From: Balanoglossus misakiensis
Lineage: Eukaryota; Animalia; Hemichordata
DNA: 64,000 nucleotides
Reading direction: 5' to 3'
NCBI GenBank assembly: GCA_040954595.2
Contig: CM082595.2
Coordinates: forward strand, 9,661,918-9,725,917
In this document: one piece after another, positions 1-11,207 of the stretch
Position numbering within the stretch: position 1 is the first letter of the stretch
Layout of the letters: each line of letters starts with the position of its first letter
The notes under the pieces: model-generated
Told to the model about the DNA's origin: nothing
Database searches by the model: none
The model's input: only the letters and a program-made list of their open reading frames with translations
Translations under genes and position numbers: made by a program

Positions 1-1002
1 GCCTGCCCACGGACGCCCCAATTTCAGCAAAAATTATTGCATTAAAATATGAGTATGGAGAACTATGCTCTGTGTTTCTTTTGTTAGCTTACATAGCTGT
101 TGTCATTCTAGTTTTTCCTCCGTCCTGTGAGCAGAGTTTCAGTTGCGAAAACCGACAGTTCTCAAAGTACAAAAGTACACCTAAATTGCCTCGGTGATGA
201 GCATGCAGAATTTATCTGATGCTTCTTACTGGCAGAAGGACCCCACCAGTTGCAGATTGTGAATTCCATGGCACAAGGGAATTTACGCTTTGCGTTCAAA
301 TATAAATAATTAAATCCTGTAAAATTATTCTATATGTTATTTATTGATGATTCAAAAGTGTTTTGACTGATTGTGTTAGAGTACCTGTATTCCATATAAG
401 CATGCTGTCAGTGCACATCCGATTGATAACAATTTCACATTTTTAAAAATTTGCTTCTCTGAATAATTATGAATACATAAAACTTCATATGATATAAATT
501 GATAAACATTAAACCCCGATGCGTGGTATAAAAGACCCCCCAAATCAGTGGCGAATCTTAATGCCGTTTGACTGACAACAGACAACACCAACGATCTTGG
601 CTCTATGAAAATCGGCCCAAACAGATCCAAGCATAAAGAATTACACCACACAACGACAGTGGTTGGCTTTATAAACACACACAACATAAAGTTATCGATG
701 AAAAAGTACACGAGCTTTTGAAACAACGATGATTTTGGGAGAAATCTGGTTTCAGTGCTTTTCAGAAGCATCCCTGGGAAACAATAACCACGCCATTCAA
801 ACAGCTGTCAATCGCACAGAGGTGTAAAGTGTTCAATTATTTTCTATGTACATGAGATCAATTACACAGTTATTATGCACGACGACCACTCCCAAATAAA
901 CAACTGTACAAACACACGTTAATCCGAACCCCAGTACTTTCCGCACCGGGGTTTAAGGCCTAATGCTAGTGTCACAACATTGATTACCAGACCGTTTCCC
1001 TC

Positions 1003-1047
1003 TGTATGTATGTATGTATGTATGTATGTATGTATGTATGTATGTAT
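1003..1047 (+). repeat. (TATG)n microsatellite in a degenerate interspersed repeat
   Basis: Visible TATG run; one unit longer in copy 2 (about 57133-57181). Confidence 0.9.
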
Positions 1048-2613
1048 GCAGCCATGTATGCATGTGTTTGTGTGTGTGTGTACATGTGTGTATGCATGTT
1101 ACATGTATATATGGATGTATGTCTGCCCTGATCCAAAACATGAAACCACGCTTTTTTTATTTTGGTGTGTAGATGGGATTTTGCTTAAATGAAGTTGTCA
1201 TTGCAAAAATACGCAAATAACCTGTGAAATATGTGGAATTGATCAAAACTCAACAACTGGTTAGACTGCTTTGAACATTTGTATGCATGTAGGTAATGTC
1301 ATCATACCTGATATACTTTGAGTTTATATCGTGAATTGTCTATTTTTTATGCAATTATTTTGTCTTGTTTTACCATTTGAAAAAAAATCTTTTTCTCTTA
1401 AAGAGATTGGCTGATTTCTTTAGAATTTAGTATGACACTTCCGGTAGGTGATCTTAGTTGGTTTTGTTTAAATTGTCGCAGAATTTGTAATCTGTCATTT
1501 TTGGTCAAAATTCATTTTCTGAGAAACTCCTTAGATTGCTTTTAAATTTTGGTATGCTTGTTCCAAGAGGTAACCCAAGTAATGTTGTATATCATTTTGG
1601 TGAAATTTACATATTGTGGTCTTGGGGCAATTTTTGCAATTTGTATTCTTTGAAACTACTAGTCAGATTGCTTTCAACTTTGGGAGGCGTGGTGATTGAA
1701 GTAGATATTATACAATTTGTTGATAGTTGGATAGATGTGGTTTGAGGCAGTTTTTGTCATTATTGAATGTTGTTTTCCCTAAAATACTTGTCTGGTTCCT
1801 TTGAAATGTTCTTACAGTAGGTCATATCTGCTTGCCAATGTCACATGATTTTTCCCATGAACACAGACATACCTAATTTTGTGTAATCCCCAGATGGGAC
1901 CACAGTGTGTAATAACCTGACCAACAGTGACTAGTATATCCTGTACTTCTCACAAGGTTGAAGTACATGTAGACTGTTGATGATTTTTTGCGATTCTTCA
2001 GAAACTTACAATACAGAGTCTAATGTGGTAACGTCCATGGTCACATTAGTCCTGTTTCAAAATGACCTACATTACACGTCCTATACACATGTTTTGCATG
2101 TTATGATTGGTTTATCCGCTTCTCTTAGGTCCACTTGCGGCACGCTGATTGGAGGGACCTTGTAGGTTAGGTCTTATTATTATGTATTATTCACTAGACC
2201 TTGTAGGTTAGGTCTTATTACTATGCATTTTTCGCTTTACAGCTCCCTGATTGGTTAACGTGTCAGTCTGGTCCCCCATGTGTTCACTGCCTCATAATAC
2301 AGGACCTTGTAGGTTAGGTCATATTAATATGTATTTATTCACCATACAGCTCCCTGATTGGTTAACGTGTCAGTCTGGTCTCCCAGTGTTCACTGCCTCA
2401 TTGTGAAATGTCCCATGTGCTTCCTGGCTAGCGTTGTGGTAACACATTATTCGGTATGTCCGCAGATCATTCATTAATTTTCTGAGAAATAGCCTGACTG
2501 ATACTATCTCCAACATAAACTGCACCCTGGAAAGATTAAATGATTTTTAGATGGACTTTGAAAATCTGATTAACACATCTAAGCATTTTTGCTAACAGTT
2601 GTATATTTTCTTA

Positions 2614-2614
<1 letters not shown>

Positions 2615-2650
<36 letters not shown>

Positions 2651-4973
2651 TTTTATTTACCCATTAATTAAAGGGTACATATGATAGGTAAAAATACAAA
2701 TGGTGGGTAAATATGGAGTCAGGAAATAGCCACAGCTAGTCTAGCCTGTACTCCTACAATATAGCTTGCTTGGTTACAGAAAAAAAAGATAATGTTGAGG
2801 GAACGCTTGAAGCGTGATTCAAGTACAATCTCACTACAACAGTGTAAAGTTATCCATTGCAAATGGTAATGGAAAAAAGAAAGGAACAACAATCACAAAC
2901 AAACAAACAAAACAGCATCATACTACATCAAGAAAATTACAAATTCATTTGTACTGGTTTAAGAGGTGTTGTTTAAATGTCCTACGAAATTGGCATAAAG
3001 TATTTGAAGACTTAATTTGTGGAGGAATATCGTTCCAGATTTTTGCTCCAGTATGTGATATCGAGAACTGGCCTGAGTTTGTTTTGGCGTGAAACGGGCG
3101 TAGATAGTGATATAACCAAATTCTGGTATTATGCTCATGACTTGTTGTGTTAAAATAATCTGAAAGTGAATGTGGAGATTTCTGGTGATATAAAGAATAA
3201 ATGAAGGAACCTAGTAAATAACTGTGAAGCTTGGTAATATCCAAAATATTCAGTTGATTAAAGAGAGGAGAAGAATGGTCCATGTGTGATTTGAAAAGCA
3301 TTATACGTACAATTGTTTTTTGGGCAACTTGGATACAATGTAACTTTGTGGGGTAAGTATTGCCCCAAACCTCAAGACCATATGTAACATGAGGGAGTAT
3401 GAAGGCGTTGTAATATAAAATTCTGATGTGGAGTGGTAAAATATTTCTAATCTTGTATAAAATTCCACAGTGCTTCCTAATGAGATTATTTATTTTGTTA
3501 ATTTGATGTGACCATGACAGATGCTTATCCAATAAAACCCCAACAAATGGTATCACATCAACCTCTTTGATTTCTTCATTCTGGATTTGCAATGACCCAT
3601 GAACATCAAGTTTTTTCTGCCGACCCCTAAAAATAATAAAGTGAGTCTTGGCCCTATTAATTGTTAGTTTGTTGGCATTGCACCATTGCTGAACATCATT
3701 TAAATAAGAGGATATATGAGTCAAGTTAATACTATCTGCACCTGAGAAGGAATGGAAGAGATTGGAGTCGTCAGCAAATAAACGGAAATCAAAAAATGTA
3801 GAAGAATTTGGAAGGTCATTTATATAAATAAGGAAAAGGGTTGGGCCCAAAACTGATCCCTGTGGGACTCCATTGTGGATCAAGGACTTTTCTGAAACAT
3901 GACTGGTTAATGTGACATACTGTGAGCGGTCTGTGAGGTAGCTGTTAAACCAATGCTGGCAGGGGCCCCTAAACCCGTAATGTTCAAGCTTGGACAATAA
4001 AGTGGCATGGTGAATGGTATCGAAAGCTTTGCTGAAGTCAATAAACACCCCCAGTGTGGAATTCCCCTTATCAATTTCTTTTAACAAGTGGTTAACTAAG
4101 TTAATCAAAGTGTGCTTGGTGCTATGGTTCTTTCTAAAGCCATACTGATGCTTATATAAAATATTATATTTATCAAGGTAAGTAATCACTTGTTTGTTTA
4201 CCACTTTTTCTATCACTTTACTGAACATTGATAAAATGGCGATGGGTCTGTAGTTCCCAACAATGTTCTGTTCTCCTTTCTTGAAGATAGGTTTAACCTT
4301 AGCGACTTTTAAGGAATTTGGGAAGACACCGGTACAGAAAGACATATTTATGATGTGGGTCAAAGGTTGAGCAATAACATCAGCTGCATCAATTAGGAGT
4401 CTTGGAGGAATATTATCCCACCCACTGGCCTTTTTACTGTCAAGATGCGCCAAAATCTCTTTTATCTCAGCAACCGTAACAGGATGGAGAAAAAAAGAGT
4501 TTGGCATAGGATCATTCATATAATTTTTAAAATCTTTTGTGGTTTTTGGAATGTGTTTTGCCAGATTTTGACCCACATGTACAAAGAAGTCATTAAAACA
4601 CTTAGCCATATCAGCTGGCTTATCTACCAAACTTTCAATCCCATTTACATTAACCTTTAACTGATCTGGTGCTTTATCTAAAGTAGTGTTTTTACCAAGC
4701 AACTCATTTACAACATTCCACACTTTACCATTGTTGTTTACAGTGAATAAATTAGCATAATACACCCTTTTGGCTTTTCTTAAAACACTTGTAAGAATAT
4801 TTCTGTAGGTTGTGTAGCGGGCAACAGCACTTGGTTCATGTTGTGTGGTGACAACTTTAGCATATAGTTTGCGCTTGGTGCGAATTGACTTCTTAATAGC
4901 TTTGGTAATCCAGGGATTTTTGTTACACTTGGCCTTAATAGTTTTAACCTCAAGTGGGGCATGATGGTCACAC
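2615..4973 (-). mobile_element. 5'-truncated non-LTR retrotransposon, CR1 group (L2/Crack-like)
   Basis: RT ORF, about 300-bp 3' UTR and an (ATT)n tail (seen as TAA repeats at 2615-2649). Boundaries are set by the empty site in copy 2; only a 2-bp AT overlap, no long TSD. Confidence 0.93.
2945..4973 (-). CDS. LINE ORF2 fragment: reverse transcriptase and C-terminal region, endonuclease missing
   Basis: Motifs NYRPIAIL, QYGFR, DFSKAFD, GVPQGSVLGP, LFADD; open to the stop codon. The ORF-track start (4976-4999) lies in host flank. Confidence 0.92.
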
Positions 4974-6439
4974 ATCACCCTCCTACTTCTCATCATCAAT
5001 ATTATTATTGTTGTTTTACTATTTTAAAGTAAATTTGTTTTGACGTAGATGTTGTGAAAAGGAGTACGTTGTCCGTTTATACATTCGTATATTGTTTTCA
5101 TAAAAATGGAACTATGACGGTGCAGCTTCGTGAAAGAAGTACAATAAAAGTAATCATACCTGTAAAGCAACTAATGAGGTATCCCAATTAAAGAAATGCA
5201 ATGCTATTCTAAACAGTTCTATTGTAAGATATTTTTGGTTTGCTCGAATGAATAGCACACACTTCGTATTCAGCCAGGTGTTACACGAAGTGATGCGCTG
5301 AAAAGCATTACGTAACAAAACACTAGCCCATTTCAACAAACCGCCACTGGAAATAACATAAAAAAATTCTCCTGGCAATTTTTATTTCGAGTATCTAGTT
5401 CACAGTATCACAAAAAAATGCCATGAATAGTGAAGGAAATGTTAAATCCAATCATTATATGAGTGCCTTTCTTTATACACTGGGATCGAGCTTCGACAAC
5501 GCGCAGGCAGCATGCCAGACAGAATACGACAACTGTATTCAGAAAGTACAAAAGACTTTGCATAACGAGGCAGTGAAAATTGGAGACCTACACATTAACC
5601 AATCAGGGAGCTGACAATTGAATAAATGCATGTTAATAAGACCTAACCTACAAGGTCCTGCATAATGAGGCAGTGAACACTGGAGGACCAGACCTACACA
5701 TTAACCAATCAGGGAGCTGTAAAGTGAATAATACATAGTAATAAGACCTAACCTACAAGGTCTAGTGAATAATACATAATAATAAGACCTAACACATAAG
5801 GTCCCTCCAATCACCGTGCCTCAAGTGGACCTAAGATTACCAGATGGACCAATCACAGATGTCGGTACATATGTCATGGACCTGACTTATGAAACAGGAC
5901 CGTTCAGAACTACCTAGTCTATGCCCGGCAGTGTTCTGTCCGCTTTGCTTCCAAAACTAATGTCTGGCCTCACTCATGCCACTTGCCCAATAAACTAATA
6001 CCCCTTGCTGGGAATTATGATGTAACTAGCGTCGCTTTGAAGCCTATCACATTACTGAACAGTGTTGATTTGGTGTAAGATTATAGTGAAGGCAGGGCTT
6101 ATTACATTGAAAATGCTACCCAACCTTAATTACACGTATGTATATCCTTTGTCTAATCATTGGAAAAACAATGTACATGTACCAAAGACTAAGTAGCTAT
6201 TTGAAGGTGAATCGCAAGTGGGCACTTTTATTACTTAACCTCAAGCAGTCGGTTAGCTACCGTATACTAAGACAAACATTCCTGGTGTAATTAACATCAC
6301 TGTCATTAGTAATATCTATCTCCAATCAGTATCAGTTCTGCCTTTATGTTATTTTAAGTCAATTGTCAAGGTTCATGTACATATATTACAGCTTAACTGT
6401 CTTGTCAAAAACTTACGCATGTACATGTACCTAATTCTA

Positions 6440-7640
6440 GGCTTACCTGTAGGGTTAGAGATACAGTGTTTTATATTAATATGCATTAATATGAAACTAA
6501 AATTTGATGGTTAATTTAAGACCCCCCTGAGCAATGGTAACCTCGTTAAATATGTGCATATCTAATTCTAGGCTATTCAGCTGAAGTAGAAACCTGGACA
6601 TGGACAACTTCGGGGTCAAAATCTTTTGACAAACATTTGTGTGATCTTGGGTAAACTTTGACCTACATTCCTATATTTTAGCATCCGGAGCAGATACAAC
6701 CTTGACACTTGGAGTGATGGAACTATTTGATTGAGTATTATGTCTTGCCTCATTAATTATGTACTTACCTAATGCCAGCCTAACCAATAGGGCTGGAAGT
6801 CTGGCTTTTTGGACATGATAAATTTGAGATCAACATTTTTCTACAGCAGCCAGCCTTCTCTTAAAAAGAATGGACAATATAAAGGCTTTGATGGTATACT
6901 GAACTTTTGACTCCCTCCCTGAGACTGTGTGCCAATGACGGGATAGCCTACTCAGCGTTGGGTAGATCCTAAGAAGGCCTCAGCCAGGCATCAAATACAA
7001 AAGCGGAAATCCAAGCTTTAATGGTGGGTTACATCGTTAACTTCCCTGCAGAGCTGATTTCTCAGACTGTGAGCCAATGACGGGTAAAGCCCCTAGGTAG
7101 GGGCCACCTAAGACAGGCCGGTCATGCTTTAATCACAAAGAAGGGCAAGTTTAGTCTTACCACAACTTTGTCTGCTGTATATGCTTCATAAAGATTGCAG
7201 AGTATTTAGAGAATACATTGTGTTAAGGCAGTGTGACCAGCTAAAAAGTACTGGCAAACACAGCCAATGTGTAATGAAAAACATCTAATTTGGCTGAATA
7301 AAAGACATAAAACACAGCAAAAGCACTGTGACTAGCTGAGACATAATACTCCATTATGCAGTTCCATCACTCCAAGTGTCAAGGATGTATCTGTGCCGGA
7401 TGCCAAGATATAGGAATGTAGGTCAAAGTTTACCCAAGATCACCCAACATTTTGTCAAAAGATTTTGACCCCAAAGTTGTCCATGTCCAGGTTTCTACCG
7501 CAACTGGATAGCCTAGAATTAGATATGTACATATTTAATGAGGTTACCATGGATCAAGGCAGTCCTAAGTAAACCATCAAATTTTTAGTTTCATGTTAAT
7601 TCATGTTAATATAAAACGCTGTATCTCTAACCCACTGGTA
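6440..7640. repeat. About 280-bp inverted repeats (6440-6725 / 7365-7640) around a conserved core
   Basis: ccttgacacttggagtgatggaact vs agttccatcactccaagtgtcaagg; gggttagagatacag vs ctgtatctctaaccc. The same unit occurs at about 33870-35050 (inverted) and 60230-61430. Confidence 0.85.
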
Positions 7641-8929
7641 TGCCATTCTGTGTTTCATGCTACCCAATATGGGTAAGTAGGTAAAAAGTCACCCTAGGCC
7701 ATTTGAAATTTTGCTGAAAAAATCTCGTCTCTTACATATGTACATTTGGTAAAAGGGAAATTTTAATCACGGAGTAGAACATATTCATAAAAAATATTTG
7801 AGGGAAAGAAGGAAGTTTTTCATAGCTTTGGTGCGTCAAATAGTAGAGAGGTTCCCTTGTTATCCTTAGACTCAAACTCAGAGTTTCCAATCTTTCAGTA
7901 TTTTCATGATATTACTTTCCATCTTAGATTTGTTCATCTAAACAAACTGACTGATAGGTATACATGAACATTTTATTGACTAATGAATGTGCCTGTATGT
8001 TGCAATTTAAAGAAGTCAGATATTAAACGAGCGCCACACCTGTTTTAATCAGCCTCCATATGGAGGGTACACATCGCAGAGAGATGACAAACCCCATGCA
8101 AATTCAAGTAATATGGCTCAATGGTGCTGATTTTAAAGGATAGGTGGATGATTTGAAAAATGTTATTGTGGAAAAAGATGTGTAAAATTTGGCAGCTTGT
8201 GAGGCTTTAATTGTAAAATCTTTGAAATGTGTTTTACTCTTTAGGTCCAATTTTGTATATGTCAATATACCATTGGGACCAATGTGATATTGTTCTAAAC
8301 TCAGAAACTCAAGAAGGTACTGGTCAGATTGCTTTAGAAATTGGTGTGTATTTATGTTATTGAGACTTTATACAGATTTTATTTTTCATTTTTAAAGTAT
8401 ATTTTTGGGGTGATTTTGGTCGTCATATACTCAGAAACCTCTACCCATATTTTTTTTAAAATTTGGTTTGCATGTTCTTAGGTGTGATTTTATGACAATT
8501 TAACAAACCCAGTGATGGAAGTGACAATATTGTTTTTTTTTTTTTTTTGGCAATTTCTGCCATTTTTGTCTGATTGCTTTGCAATTTAGTTTGCAGTTTC
8601 TAGGGAATTCTTACTGTGGTGCACAAAATTCACAAAGGTGATTTACTATCCTCATGCGCTTTGTTGAACTGGCACCCTGTTGCAAAACAGACATTACAAC
8701 ACTCTTTGAATTGAATTCATAGCTACCAATTTTTCGGGGGTGTAGCACCTTTTTTATGCCTAAAACTTTGATCGAGAACTTCAAATTAAATGCAACCCTC
8801 CAAATATTTGCAATATTTCAGGTATAATGATTTAATTTTAAAGCATAAATTTTGATGTATTCATAATCATTAAGAGAAACACATTTTGAAAATAGAATAT
8901 TAATCACACTAGCAGTCATAATACTTTTG

Positions 8930-9720
8930 AATCATCACTAAAGAACATATAGAAAAATTAAACAGGTTTTAATTATTTATATTTGAACGCAAAGCGTAAA
9001 TTCCCTTGTGCCATGGAATTGACAATCTGCAACTGGTGGGGTCCTTCTGCCAGTAAAAAGCATCAGATAAATTCTGCATGCTCATCACCGAGGCAATTTA
9101 GGTGTACTTTTGTACTTTGAGAACTGTCGGTTTTCGCAACTGAAACTATGTTCACAGGACAGAGGAAAAACTAGAATGACAACAGCTATGTAAGCTAACA
9201 AAAGGAACACAGAGCATAGTTCTCCATACTCACATTTTAATGCAATAATTTTTGCTGAAACTGGGGCGTCCGTGGGCAGGCAAAGGCAGTTCTAACTCGA
9301 CTTGCAAATAAGGCCCATGTCTCTTGTTCGCTGAGATTGTCTGGTTCTAATAATAGCTGTAAGAACTTGATCATTGACCGAACTGTTGGTTCAATTTTGC
9401 AACATTTTATGATTTCAAGCTGTGCAATATTTGCAACTCAGTTTCAACTTTGGTTGGAGGGATGATGATGAAGCCATTTCACTGACAAAATAGCGCTACT
9501 GACTGATGTCAATGTTTGTTTACAGTCGAATGCATTGCCATCATAAAAATACATGTGAGAAATTTCTTATGTGTATGATACACACTTTTGTGCATGACTG
9601 CAAACTCTGTTACAGTTGTGAAATTCTAAGGGTTGAATTCATTGGGTAGAATTCATGTTTTTTGGATTCTTAAACAACCAGTCACGAAAGCTAAGTGGTT
9701 ACCTCAGAGAAACTGTGTTA
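8930..9720 (-). repeat. About 750-bp repeat, inverted relative to 1-370 and 55720-56500
   Basis: gcctgcccacggacgcccca (pos 1) vs tggggcgtccgtgggcaggc (9262-9281); homology continues against 55720-56130. More copies at about 28590-29970, 36770-37620 and 62720-63500. Confidence 0.88.
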
Positions 9721-10120
9721 AATTTGGTCATCAATTGCTTTAAATCACACAAGACATTCCCAGAGCTAAAGTTACTGCAGCAGTCAGTTTCAACTCAGCT
9801 TGCAAATTGGGATCATGTCTTGTGTTCATCGAGACTGTCTGTAGTCGAGTTGACAGTCCTATGGGGTCAATGATGAACCTACAAATGTTCTTTCCAATGA
9901 AATTGTTATAAATCTAATATTCAGGATTTGCATTCATACCTTAAACAATATAACTGTATTGCAAATATGGCAACTCTTCTAAGTTACATTGGAACACCTT
10001 CTCGCCACTGTTTGTGCCAAAATGGTGAATAAGCTTTCATTTTCAAGCCTTAACATAGGCACCCAAAACAAGACAACAGCATTGCAAATATGGCATTTTT
10101 TGTTCAACTCTTCTCATTTG

Positions 10121-10766
10121 CATAGTCCAAAATGGCCGCCAAACTCCACTAACATGTAAATTTCCTATGGTCGTCTTAAATAGCGTGTAGTATCGCATTT
10201 GAAGGGTTTTCATCAATATGGGTACCTAAAACAATTTCAACGTGGTTGACATTGCAATGTTAGACAGCTGTTCTAATTTGCATAATCTAGAATGGCCGAC
10301 AAACTTCTCTAACATGTAAATTTACTATGGTTGTCTTTAATAGTGTGTAATATCGCATTTGCAGGGTTTTCATCAATATGGGTACCTAAAACAATTTCAA
10401 CGTCGTTGACATGGCAATATTAGACAGCTGTTCTAATTTGCATAATCCAAAATGGCCACCAAACTCTTCTTAAATGTAAATTTCCCTGTTTTGTCTTATA
10501 TGGTGCCTAAAATCGCATTTGCAGGGTTTTCATCAACATGGGTAACTAAAACAATTTCAGCATGGTTGACATGGCAATATTAGACAACTGTTCTTATTTG
10601 CATAATCCAAAATGGCTGACAAACTTCTCTAACATGTAAATTTCCCTGGTTTGTCTTATATGGTGTGTAATATCGCATTTTCACGGTTTTAATTAATATG
10701 GGTACCTAAAACAATTTCAACGTGGTTGACATGGCAATATTAGACAACTGTTCTAATTTGCATAAT
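10121..10766 (+). repeat. 160-bp tandem repeat, about 4 copies
   Basis: tttg|cata anchor at 10121, 10281, 10441, 10601, 10761; about 1.5 inverted copies at 28040-28270. Confidence 0.9.
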
Positions 10767-11207
10767 TCGAACACCTGCTGGATAATTTAATTTTTGCCCT
10801 TCTTGTCCCATGATTATATGTGTAATGTCTCATTTTCAATGTGTTTACATGTATATATGCAGAATCCATTTCAAACTAAGTGGGCATATTGTAGCGCCAA
10901 TCTTATTTCTTAATCCGCACCACAGAACTGATGCAAGGTTTAGGACTGGAAATGTATGTGGCCATTGGCCGACACCCCGGGCGAGAGGTCTCCAATTATT
11001 TTCAGCACGTAGTGTGCTTCCCGGTTGATAACATCAATATGTGTAAATGCCAAAAACCCGACCTATTGTAATACCAGTCAAATTTTCTTTGTCATTTACC
11101 ATTTTTCTCTTGCATATGAAGGTTTTTCTTAAAGAGTACATACCCATATACATTTGTATGGGAGCACACATCCCCACCCCCTGCCAACAATAATTGGACA
11201 ACTTTAT

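Larger units (their letters stand above)
2048..5901. mobile_element. Non-autonomous TIR/foldback DNA element (about 1.5 kb without the nested LINE)
   Basis: Termini GTCCTGTTTCA / TGAAACAGGAC; long internal inverted arms about 2120-2400 vs 5570-5860; imperfect 3-bp flanking duplication ATT/GTT. Absent from the mirror arm (empty site at about 35580-35595, rc ggtcacattcagaa). Confidence 0.75.
1..10213 (+). repeat. Segmental/tandem duplication, copy 1 (copy 2 = 56131-64000)
   Basis: Sequence from position 1 recurs at 56131. The ORF track repeats (376..771=56506..56901; 5154..5378=58941..59165; 9655..9873=63442..63660). The offset falls from 56146 to 53787 across the LINE, exactly 2359 bp. Confidence 0.97.

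Noticed and set aside
376-771. 131-aa ORF duplicated at 56506
   Set aside because: No recognisable motif; identity reflects the recent duplication, and it is not evident in the mirror arm.
953-1192. His/Thr- and MYVC-rich ORFs
   Set aside because: Translations of the TATG/TG microsatellite.
6931-7120. SECIS pair, or HDV/hammerhead/twister ribozymes
   Set aside because: AUGA-to-AA spacing is wrong for SECIS; no P1 partner or UCC loop for HDV; no CUGANGA/GAAA core; no twister consensus.
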